Shown here in pieces: positions 8,595 to 16,595 of a stretch of DNA of 32,000 nt (position 1 is its first letter; every line of letters starts with the position of its first letter). The notes beneath the pieces are model-generated. The model was not told the DNA's origin. It made no database searches and saw only the letters and a list, made by a program, of their open reading frames with translations. This stretch comes from Haloferax volcanii DS2 (GTDB lineage: Archaea; Halobacteriota; Halobacteria; Halobacteriales; Haloferacaceae). The position numbers and the translations under genes were made by a program. The DNA lies in assembly GCF_000025685.1 (NCBI RefSeq), contig NC_013964.1, forward strand, positions 1-32,000. The letters are read 5' to 3'.

Positions 8595-9729
8595 TGTACG
8601 CGTCCTGCGCGAGGCGGTGCAGTTTGTGGACGGTGTGTTCGTTCGGACCGAGCTGTGCCTGCCCGAGCGCGCCGGACGTGAGCCCCTCGTACTGGCGTTC
8701 GACGAGCTCGAAGTCCTCTTCTTGGAGCTGCCGGCTCGTCTGGACGAACTTCTCTTCTTCTTCGGACAGCTCGGAGTCGCGGAAGTAGTAGTCCGCGATG
8801 AGCTGGAAGCGCCCCTCGTCGATGGGGTCGATGATGTACGTGCCGTAGCCGTCGGCGGTGCCGTACATGTTGACCGTGAAGTTCGGCCAGAAGTAGTAGA
8901 ACTTGGCCTCGTGTTCGGGGTGGATGCGCATCTCGTCGTCGACGTCCTCTTTGTGCTTGTAGTGAAGCACCCAGTGGTAGTCGTTGACTTCGAGTTCGGA
9001 CTCCATGAGTTCGAGTCCCTGCACCCAGTCTTGGTGGTTCGCCTGACAGTGGTCGCACTCCGAGTAGTTCCCGCTGAACGTCTTCCAGTTGCACTCGACT
9101 TCGGAGACGTAGCGCCGGGCGTGTTCGTACTCACCGAGCGGCAGGTCTTCGAGTTCCGTCTTCATCTCCCCGGCCTGTTCGGCAAGCGAGAGGCTCGGTT
9201 CGTCCTCGAAGTTGACGAACACGAGCGGCCCGATGGCGTCGGTGTTGACCTCCATGAGGCCGTTTTCTTCGGGGTCGAGTTCGCTGACGGCGTCGTCGTC
9301 GAGGTCGGGATTCAGACTCGCCTCCTCGAAGCTCTTGGGGGTGCTCTGGAGCGACCCGTCGAGTTCGTACGCCCAGAGGTGGTACGGGCAGGTGATGCGG
9401 CTGAGGCTGCCGGGGTCGGTCATCGGCGTGTCGTCGAGCATCTTCGACCCGCGGTGGGCACAGACGTTGTAGAACGCCCGCACGTCGCCCTCGCCGTCGC
9501 GGGTGACGATTATCTGCTTGTCACCGATGGTTCGCGTGAAGTAGTCGCCCGCGTCCGGGATGTGGGTCTCGTGGCCCGCGTAGACCCAGTACCGACCGAA
9601 CACTTTCTCCTTTTCCATCTCGTGGACCTCCGGGTCGGTGAAGTACCTCGCCGGCAGCGCGTTCGTTTCCGCGGTGATGTCGGCACTTACCGCACCGATC
9701 TCGTCACGATTGTTATTCCACCGTGTCAT
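8587..9729 (-). CDS. Rieske [2Fe-2S] non-heme-iron oxygenase, alpha-subunit type; candidate quaternary-amine (glycine betaine) monooxygenase
   Basis: Rieske motif CAHRG...CPYHLW and mononuclear iron motif DHCQANH (H-x4-H). Start trimmed to MTRWNNNRDE (ATG at 9729). The substrate assignment comes from genomic context only. Confidence 0.88.
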   Translation of the reverse strand: MTRWNNNRDEIGAVSADITAETNALPARYFTDPEVHEMEKEKVFGRYWVYAGHETHIPDAGDYFTRTIGDKQIIVTRDGEGDVRAFYNVCAHRGSKMLDDTPMTDPGSLSRITCPYHLWAYELDGSLQSTPKSFEEASLNPDLDDDAVSELDPEENGLMEVNTDAIGPLVFVNFEDEPSLSLAEQAGEMKTELEDLPLGEYEHARRYVSEVECNWKTFSGNYSECDHCQANHQDWVQGLELMESELEVNDYHWVLHYKHKEDVDDEMRIHPEHEAKFYYFWPNFTVNMYGTADGYGTYIIDPIDEGRFQLIADYYFRDSELSEEEEKFVQTSRQLQEEDFELVERQYEGLTSGALGQAQLGPNEHTVHKLHRLAQDAYNA

Positions 9730-9771
9730 GGGAGGAAGAAACACACATCTGTGGAAAAGGATTCGTCGGAA

Positions 9772-9805
9772 ATAGTGGACCCGTATAAGTGGCGGTGGAT
9801 ATCCG
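9772..9805. promoter_or_regulatory. Bipartite motif ATAGTGGACCCG-N14-GATATCCG in the divergent Rieske / sarcosine-oxidase promoter region
   Basis: Both halves recur at 13472-13495 upstream of the dimethylglycine-oxidase-type gene, with N4 spacing there. Here a TATA-like GTATAAG/CTTATAC (9784-9790) lies between the two halves. Confidence 0.5.
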
Positions 9806-9926
9806 CGAGCGGCCGCCGTTCGGCGGCGAGCGCCGCTCTCGGCGGGCCGAGCGTCGTTCCTCTGAAAAAGGGGCTCCGTGATACAGGTCAAGAGTCAAGG
9901 GGGGACGTTCCGAACCGCCGGGCACA

Positions 9927-11069
9927 ATGAGTGTCCGCGACGACCGATACGATGTCGCCGTCGTCGGGGTCGGCGGGATGGGGAGCGCGACCGCGTACCA
10001 CCTCGCCGACCGCGGCCTCGACGTCGTCGGTCTCGAACGCTACGACATCCCTCACTCGCAGGGGTCGTCCCACGGCATCACCCGCATCATCCGCCGCGCG
10101 TACTACGAACACCCGTCGTACGTCCCGCTCATCGAGCGGGCGTACGACCTCTGGGACGACCTCGCCGACGAGACCGGCCGCGATATCATCCACCGAACCG
10201 GCTCCATCGACGCCGGCCCCGTCGACAACGACGTGTTCGCGGGTTCGAAACGCTCCTGTGAGGAACACGACATCCCGCACGAGGTGCTGACCGGCGCGGA
10301 GGTCAACGAACGATTCCCCGGCTACGAACTCCCCGAGGACTACCGCGCGGTCTATCAGGAAGACGGCGGGTTCGTCGTCCCCGAGCAGTCGATTATCGGC
10401 TATACCGAAGCGGCACAGGCCCGGGGTGCCGAAATCCGCGCCCGCGAACGGGTCGAAGACTGGGCGGAGACGAACGACGGCGGCGTGCGCGTCCGCACCG
10501 ACCGCGGCGTGTACGTCGCGGACGCGCTCGTGCTCGCCGCGGGCGCGTGGAACTACAAACTCGCTGACGCGCTCGACGGCCTCGCGATCCCCGAGCGACA
10601 GGCGCTCGCGTGGTTCCAACCCGAGTCGCCGGCGACGTTCGCGCCCGAGGAGTTCCCCGTCTGGAACCTCAGCGTCCCCGAGGGTCGGTTCTACGGCTTC
10701 CCGGTCCACGACGTGCCGGGGTTCAAACTCGGCAAGTACCACCACCGCGACGAGGAGGTCGACCCCGACGACTTCGACCGCGAGCCGAACCGCGCCGACG
10801 AGGCGATACTCCGCGATGTCACGGAGAAGTACTTCCCGGAGGCCGCGGGGCCGACGATGTCGCTCGCGACGTGTATGTTCACGAACTCGCCGGACGAGCA
10901 CTTCATCCTCGACACGCTGCCGGACCACCCGCAGGTCGCCGTCGGCGCGGGCTTTTCGGGACACGGCTTCAAGTTCGCCAGCGTCATCGGCGAAATCCTC
11001 GCTGACCGCGCCGGCGACGGCGAGAGCGACCTGCCGCTCGATATGTTCTCGCTCGACCGGTTCGAGTGA
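9927..11069 (+). CDS. Monomeric sarcosine oxidase / N-methyl-amino-acid oxidase family flavoenzyme
   Basis: N-terminal VAVVGVGGMGSATAYHLA (GxGxxG); a Cys in TCMFTNSPDEHFILD at the position of the covalent-FAD Cys of MSOX-type enzymes; GFSGHGFKF near the C-terminus. Confidence 0.88.
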   Translation: MSVRDDRYDVAVVGVGGMGSATAYHLADRGLDVVGLERYDIPHSQGSSHGITRIIRRAYYEHPSYVPLIERAYDLWDDLADETGRDIIHRTGSIDAGPVDNDVFAGSKRSCEEHDIPHEVLTGAEVNERFPGYELPEDYRAVYQEDGGFVVPEQSIIGYTEAAQARGAEIRARERVEDWAETNDGGVRVRTDRGVYVADALVLAAGAWNYKLADALDGLAIPERQALAWFQPESPATFAPEEFPVWNLSVPEGRFYGFPVHDVPGFKLGKYHHRDEEVDPDDFDREPNRADEAILRDVTEKYFPEAAGPTMSLATCMFTNSPDEHFILDTLPDHPQVAVGAGFSGHGFKFASVIGEILADRAGDGESDLPLDMFSLDRFE

Positions 11070-11225
11070 CGACGGGCGGTCGAGCTTGCCGCTCGTCAAC
11101 CGATTTGACGATATAACTTCCGTAAGTTTTCTTCATTTGCGTATAAATGCCTCTATTATCGAAGCCGACTTGTTATGATGTGTAACACCAATGGGTTGGT
11201 TGAATCGTGTGGGGTGTGGACTCGT

Positions 11226-11280
11226 GTCACGGTCGGTGCGGACGCGTCGAATCCGACGCGGGTCGTCTCTCGACGGTGAC
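11226..11280 (+). promoter_or_regulatory. Nested inverted repeat / stem-loop in the putative long leader of the BCCT transporter gene
   Basis: The outer arms GTCACGGTCG (11226-11235) and CGACGGTGAC (11271-11280) pair at 9 of 10 positions. The inner perfect 7-bp stem CGCGTCG/CGACGCG (11243-11249 / 11254-11260) has an AATC loop. Confidence 0.4.
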
Positions 11281-11359
11281 AGTGGGTGGCCCCAAAGCGG
11301 GGACAACGATATGACCGAACACGAATTCATCTGGCGGTCGTCAATGGAGGCTGTATCGA

Positions 11360-13114
11360 ATGGCGAATAGCAACGACTCGACCGGTCGGTCGACGAGCGA
11401 GTTACAGGAAGACCTGTTTTATCCCGATATGGAGCGCGAACCCGGTGACAGAAACATCCAGGGGTTGGGGTTCGACATCCATCCCGTCGTCTTCCCGGCC
11501 GCGCTCTTGATAATCGGCGTCTTCGTCGCTGCGACGCTCATTCTCGGTGAGCAGGCGGCGAGCGTCTATTCGGGTATCAGGGGCTTTTTCGAGGGGAACT
11601 TCGGGTGGTTCTTCCTCCTGTCGGTGAACCTCTTTATCGTGGTCTTGGCGTACTTCGCGCTGAGTAAGTACGGAAAGATAACCCTCGGCGGCGTCGAGGC
11701 GGAAAAGGAGTTCAGCGACTTCTCGTGGATGGCGATGCTGTTCAGCGCGGGCATGGGTATCGGGCTCATGTTTTACAGCGTCTCGGAGCCGCTGTACTAC
11801 TTCAGTAACGTCCCCGGCTTCTTCGACGCCGAGGCCGGGTCCGGCGGTGCGGGTATCGCCGCGATGACGCAGACGTTCTTCCATTGGCGGTTCCACCCGT
11901 GGGCCATCTACGGCCTCGTCGGCTTGGGACTCGCGTTCTTTTCGTTCAATCGGGGGCTGCCGCTCACGTTCCGGTCGATTTTCTGGCCGCTCCTCGGCGA
12001 GCGAATCTACGGCTGGCCGGGCCACCTCATCGACCTCGTGGCGGTGTTCGCGACGCTGTTCGGCCTCGCCACGTCGCTCGGCCTCGGGGTCGCACAGATA
12101 AACACCGGGCTGTCGTACATCCTCGGCGGGAGCATGCTCGGCGTCCTGAGCGTTCCGAACAACACCGGGATGCAAATCGCGCTCATCGCCGTGATTACAC
12201 TCATCGCTACCGCCTCTGTCGCGGCCGGCCTCGAAGGCGGTATCCGGCGTCTGAGCACGGTGAACGTCTTTCTGATGTTCGTGCTGTTGACGTTCGTGCT
12301 CGCCGCCGGCGCGACGATGAGCATCTTCGGCGCGTGGGTGCAGGGCCTCGGGAACTACTTCAGCGACTTCCTCTCGCTCGCGTTCTTCACCGGGACGCTC
12401 GGCGACGGCGCGTCCACCGTCAACGCTTGGACGGTGTTCTACTGGGCGTGGTGGATTGCTTGGTCGCCGTTCGTCGGGATGTTCGTCGCGCGCATCTCGA
12501 AGGGGCGGACGGTCCGCGAGTTCGTCTTCGGCGTGTTCGTCCTGCCGTCGCTGTTCTCGACGGTCTGGCTCTCGGCGTTCGGCGGGAGCGCGCTGTTCAA
12601 CTCGCTTCAGGGTAACGGCGCGGTCCTCGCGACCTACAACGAGGCCGGCCAGACGGTCGCCATGTTCGCGCTCCTCGAACAGTTCCCGTTCAGCGCCGTC
12701 TCGGGGCTGCTCGCCGTGACGCTCATCGTCACGTTCTTCGTGACCTCCTCGGACTCGGGGTCGCTCGTCGTCGACCATCTCACGTCGGGCGGCAAGCACA
12801 ACGTGCCGCGGACCCAACGCATCTTCTGGGCGGTCATCGAGGGCCTCGTCGCGTCGCTTCTCCTCTACGGCGGGGGTCTCGGCGCGCTCCAGACGGCGGC
12901 CATCGCGACGGGGTTCCCGTTCGCCGTCGTCCTCGTCATCATGTGCTACACGGTCTATCTCGGCCTCGACAAGGAGTACGAACTCCTGCAATCCGAGGAG
13001 TTCGCCGAGCGAATCGAGGACTTGGCGGACGAGGACATCGACATCGACGTCGGTCGCTCTCAGACGTCAGTCGTGACCAACGTCCGGCAGAACCCCGGCA
13101 CGACGGACGACTGA
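11360..13114 (+). CDS. BCCT-family (betaine/carnitine/choline) transporter
   Basis: Signature WTVFYWAWWIAWSPFVGMFVARISKGRTVREF, about 12 hydrophobic segments and an acidic C-terminal tail. Confidence 0.93.
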   Translation: MANSNDSTGRSTSELQEDLFYPDMEREPGDRNIQGLGFDIHPVVFPAALLIIGVFVAATLILGEQAASVYSGIRGFFEGNFGWFFLLSVNLFIVVLAYFALSKYGKITLGGVEAEKEFSDFSWMAMLFSAGMGIGLMFYSVSEPLYYFSNVPGFFDAEAGSGGAGIAAMTQTFFHWRFHPWAIYGLVGLGLAFFSFNRGLPLTFRSIFWPLLGERIYGWPGHLIDLVAVFATLFGLATSLGLGVAQINTGLSYILGGSMLGVLSVPNNTGMQIALIAVITLIATASVAAGLEGGIRRLSTVNVFLMFVLLTFVLAAGATMSIFGAWVQGLGNYFSDFLSLAFFTGTLGDGASTVNAWTVFYWAWWIAWSPFVGMFVARISKGRTVREFVFGVFVLPSLFSTVWLSAFGGSALFNSLQGNGAVLATYNEAGQTVAMFALLEQFPFSAVSGLLAVTLIVTFFVTSSDSGSLVVDHLTSGGKHNVPRTQRIFWAVIEGLVASLLLYGGGLGALQTAAIATGFPFAVVLVIMCYTVYLGLDKEYELLQSEEFAERIEDLADEDIDIDVGRSQTSVVTNVRQNPGTTDD

Positions 13115-13150
13115 CCGCGGAGCCACCGAACCGATGACTCGACGCTATCG

Positions 13151-13309
13151 ATGAACGCGCTCGCTGTCGTTTCGGCGGCGTTCGCGGTCTTCCTTTTCGT
13201 CGTTGCACTGTTCGCGATGACGGCCGGTGAGCTACGGGGCGCAGGTCTCGCGTTCCTGAGCGCCAGTCTCGTCATCTACCTCAGAGAGAAGCACCTCGTC
13301 GGCGAGTGA
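13151..13309 (+). CDS. Small two-helix membrane protein (52 aa), not in the ORF track
   Basis: My translation is MNALAVVSAAFAVFLFVVALFAMTAGELRGAGLAFLSASLVIYLREKHLVGE. It has two hydrophobic stretches separated by GELRG and starts 36 nt after the BCCT stop. I recognise no homology. Confidence 0.4.
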   Translation: MNALAVVSAAFAVFLFVVALFAMTAGELRGAGLAFLSASLVIYLREKHLVGE

Positions 13310-13471
13310 CTTTGTCGGCGGGTGACTCCGGTCAGTGCGCTCCTCGTCGGCGCACGGCTTTCGTCGCCGCGCGTGTACTCGTCGTTCTCTGACGCTGATT
13401 CTCGTCGGACCACGCGACGCACCCGTGGTGAGGCCCCTCCCTCGTCACCCCCCGGTATCTATACACCTCAG

Positions 13472-13495
13472 ATAGTGGACCCGGAGAGATATCCG
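13472..13495. promoter_or_regulatory. Bipartite motif ATAGTGGACCCG-N4-GATATCCG upstream of the dimethylglycine-oxidase-type gene
   Basis: Same two half-motifs as 9772-9805. It lies between a TATA-like CTATAC (13459-13464) and the ATG at 13523. Confidence 0.5.
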
Positions 13496-13522
13496 AAGGC
13501 CGCAGTCACTACTGTTTGGTAC

Positions 13523-16036
13523 ATGAACACATGGTCTACGTTTCCCGAACGCGCCGGAACGGTCGTCGTCGGGGCCGGCTGTGTCGGTTGTAGCGCGGCG
13601 TATCACCTCGCCGAGTCGGGTCGCGAAGACGTCGTCGTCCTCGACCGGGGTCCGCTGTTCGAGACCGGGGGGTCGACCTCTCACGCCCCCGGACTCGTGT
13701 TCCAGACGGCCGGGAACAAGCTGATGACGGAGATGGCGTCGTACACGCGCGACCTCTACGACGGGTTCGGTGACTTCCGGACGTGCGGCGGCATCGAAGT
13801 CGCCTACACCGAAGACCGCTGGGACTTCCTCAAACGCAAGCGCGAGTGGGGTCAGTCCTACGGCATCGACGAGGGCCAACTCCTCACGCCCGAGGAGGTC
13901 GAATCGCGCGTCCCGCAGATAAACGCCGACGTCATCTACGGCGGCTACTACGTCCCCTCGGACGGGAAGGCCGACGCCGTCAGCGCCGCCGAGTCGATGG
14001 CGGAGGAGGCGCGCGAGGCGGGCGTCGAGTTCTACGGCCACACCGAGGTCACGGACATCGACACTACCGACGGCAGCGTCGACGCGGTCGAAACCGAACA
14101 CGGCCGCATCGAGGCCGACGAGGTGCTCGTCGCCACGAACATCTGGGGGCCGCTGTTCGGCGAGATGGTCGGCACGGACATCCCGCTCGTCCCCTGCGCG
14201 CACCAGTATCTCGTCTCCGACGAACTGGACGAGCTCGAAGGCGCAGAGCGCGAAATCGAACAGCCGCTCCTCCGGCATCAGGACCACTCGCTGTACTACC
14301 GCCAGCACGGCGAGCGCTACGGCATCGGCTCGTACAACCACGAGTCGCTGCTGGTCGACCCGGCGGATATCTACGGGCCCGACAAGCTCGACGACCTCGG
14401 ACTCGAATACCCGTCGCTCCGGGAGTTCACGGAGGAGCATTTCTACGAGAACACCCACCCGGACCACGACCGGTCGGCGTTCGACGCCGCGAGCGAACTC
14501 GTTCCCGGCTTCGAGGACTGCGAGTGGACCTCCGCCATCAACGGCATGTTCTCGTTCACGCCCGACGGCATGCCCATCCTCGGGCCGGACGAGGACACCG
14601 AGGGTCTCTGGTGGGCGCTCGCCGTCTGGGTCACGCAGTCCGGCGGCGCGGGCGACATCGTCGCCAGCTGGATGGAAGACGGGACGCCGCGGCTCGACGG
14701 CTCCCGCGTCAACGCCTCCGGCGCGCACGTCTCCCGGTTCCAGTCGCACACGGGCAGCCGAGAGTACACCTACGGGCGCGGCGCGCAGCAGTACCGCGAG
14801 GTGTACCAACTCGTCCACCCGCGCGAACAGCCGGACGGACAGCGCGCGCTCCGTCGGAGCCCGTTTTACGACCGGCAGGCCGACCTCGGCGCGGAGTTCT
14901 ACGACAGCGACGGCTGGGAGGTCCCGCAGTGGTACGAGTCCAACGAGACGCTCCTCGAAACGTACGACGTGCCGGACCGCCCCGACTGGCTCTCGCAGAA
15001 CTGGTCGAAGGTCCAGGGCGCGGAACACCAGCATCTCCGCGAGAAGGTCGGCATGGTCGACATGACGACGTTCACGCCCATCGAAGTGTCGGGCCCGGGC
15101 GCGCTTGAGTTCCTGCAAGGGCTCCTGACGAACGACATGGATGTCACGCCGGGCCGGATGCGCTACTCCGCGATGCTCAACGAGGACGGCGGCGTACTCG
15201 CCGATCTGACCGTCGCCCGCCTCGGCGACGAGCGGTTCGTGCTGTTCACCGGGGGCGGAAGCTCGGCGACGCTCCACTCGCGGTGGGTCACAGAGCACGC
15301 GCCCGACGACGGCTCCGTCGACGTGACCGCACACGTCTCCAGTCGAACCGGTATCGGCGTCTTCGGCCCCGACTCCCGGAAGGTGCTTTCGGACCTCGTC
15401 GAGGCCGACCTCTCGAACGACGAGTTCCCGTTCTACTCCGCACAGGAGACCTACCTCGGTAGCATCCCCGTGACGATGCTCCGACTCTCGTACGCCGGCG
15501 AACTCGGCTGGGAAATCTACGCCCCGACCGAGTACGGAAGCCAGCTCTGGGACGCGATTCGCGAGGCCGGCGAGGAGTACGACATCGCGCCCGTCGGCTG
15601 GGCCGCGCTCGACTCGACGAGCATGGAGAAGGGATTCCGCCTGTGGGGGACGGACCTCACGCCCGAACACAACCCGTACGAGGCCGGCATCGGCTTCGCG
15701 GCCGACCTCGACACCGACTTCGTCGGGAAGGCGGCGCTCGTGGCGGACAAAAACGACGACAGCCCGAGCGACCGCATCGTCCCGATAACGCTCGACGAGG
15801 AGGAAGCCGTCGTCGACGCGGGCCACCCGGTGTTCGTCGACGACGAGGTCGTCGGCTACTGCTGTCGGGCCGACTACGGCTACACCATCGACGCCGGCAT
15901 CGCGTACGCCTACCTCCCCGAGGAGTACGCCAGCTCGGGGCAGGACGTCGAAATCCGGTACGAGGGTGACGCTCACCCCGCGACGGTCCGGTCCGGGCCG
16001 CTTTTCGATCCCGACCGCGACAAGATGATTCGGTAA
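13523..16036 (+). CDS. Dimethylglycine oxidase/dehydrogenase-family enzyme (N-terminal FAD oxidoreductase fused to a GcvT-like folate-binding aminomethyltransferase domain)
   Basis: VVVGAGCVGCSAAYHLA (GxGxxG), GGSTSHAPG, and a C-terminal GcvT-type region (SYAGELGWEIY). At 837 aa it matches the size class of bacterial DMGO. Start trimmed to MNTWSTFPE. Confidence 0.9.
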   Translation: MNTWSTFPERAGTVVVGAGCVGCSAAYHLAESGREDVVVLDRGPLFETGGSTSHAPGLVFQTAGNKLMTEMASYTRDLYDGFGDFRTCGGIEVAYTEDRWDFLKRKREWGQSYGIDEGQLLTPEEVESRVPQINADVIYGGYYVPSDGKADAVSAAESMAEEAREAGVEFYGHTEVTDIDTTDGSVDAVETEHGRIEADEVLVATNIWGPLFGEMVGTDIPLVPCAHQYLVSDELDELEGAEREIEQPLLRHQDHSLYYRQHGERYGIGSYNHESLLVDPADIYGPDKLDDLGLEYPSLREFTEEHFYENTHPDHDRSAFDAASELVPGFEDCEWTSAINGMFSFTPDGMPILGPDEDTEGLWWALAVWVTQSGGAGDIVASWMEDGTPRLDGSRVNASGAHVSRFQSHTGSREYTYGRGAQQYREVYQLVHPREQPDGQRALRRSPFYDRQADLGAEFYDSDGWEVPQWYESNETLLETYDVPDRPDWLSQNWSKVQGAEHQHLREKVGMVDMTTFTPIEVSGPGALEFLQGLLTNDMDVTPGRMRYSAMLNEDGGVLADLTVARLGDERFVLFTGGGSSATLHSRWVTEHAPDDGSVDVTAHVSSRTGIGVFGPDSRKVLSDLVEADLSNDEFPFYSAQETYLGSIPVTMLRLSYAGELGWEIYAPTEYGSQLWDAIREAGEEYDIAPVGWAALDSTSMEKGFRLWGTDLTPEHNPYEAGIGFAADLDTDFVGKAALVADKNDDSPSDRIVPITLDEEEAVVDAGHPVFVDDEVVGYCCRADYGYTIDAGIAYAYLPEEYASSGQDVEIRYEGDAHPATVRSGPLFDPDRDKMIR

Positions 16037-16195
16037 ACGCCGGATTTCGTCGCGTCACCGCCTCCGCCACCGTCTCCGCCACCGTCTGCGCCTCTGCCTC
16101 CCCCTCAATTTATCGGCGCTGTCGAACCGCAGTCACCGATTGTCCGCCGAGGCCGTGCTGAACTCGGCAGATTTGTTGGGGATCGGGACTGCCTG

Positions 16196-16200
16196 AAAAA
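16196..16200 (-). terminator. Oligo-T (T5 on the minus strand) downstream of vapC
   Basis: A5 on the plus strand lies 18-22 nt beyond the vapC stop at 16218. Confidence 0.35.
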
Positions 16201-16217
16201 TACTTATCCTCCCGCTG

Positions 16218-16595
16218 TCACTCGTCTTCGACGGTCTTCAGGTCGAGCCGCGGGGCAAACGACTCGTACGTCTCGTCGCTCGAAACGATAGTGTCGCCAT
16301 CGGATTCGACGAGATGGAGCGCATCGAAGGGTGTGAACCCGTGGTCTTCGACGTAGGTCGCGGCCGTGAGAACCGTATCTACGTCCCCACGCACTTCCAA
16401 CAGCGCGGCGACGTTCGTGATGACCCGCTCCGTGTCCCGCTCTTCTCGGTACGCGACCATGAGGAGTTCGATGAGCGTGAACTGCGACGTCCACAGTTCG
16501 TCTCGATGGTTTCGGTAGACCGCCTCTGCGGCGTCGCCCAGCCAGTCTTCGTCCTTGATGAGCGCCAGTAGGAAGTCCGTCTCGGCTACATTCAG
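16218..16595 (-). CDS. vapC: PIN-domain VapC toxin lacking a canonical start codon (CTG in a CTGA overlap with vapB)
   Basis: Hand translation upstream of the tracked ATG continues in frame as NVAETDFLLALIKDEDWLGDAAEAVYRNHRDELWTSQFTLIELL, the N-terminal acidic PIN strand. The only start-like codon at the expected position is CTG at 16595-16593. Confidence 0.65.
   Translation of the reverse strand: MNVAETDFLLALIKDEDWLGDAAEAVYRNHRDELWTSQFTLIELLMVAYREERDTERVITNVAALLEVRGDVDTVLTAATYVEDHGFTPFDALHLVESDGDTIVSSDETYESFAPRLDLKTVEDE

Noticed and set aside
16063-16086. Tandem 12-mer TCCGCCACCGTC x2 downstream of the DMGO-type gene.
   Set aside because: Only two copies, in GC-rich non-coding DNA between convergent genes, with no associated structure or function that I can argue for.
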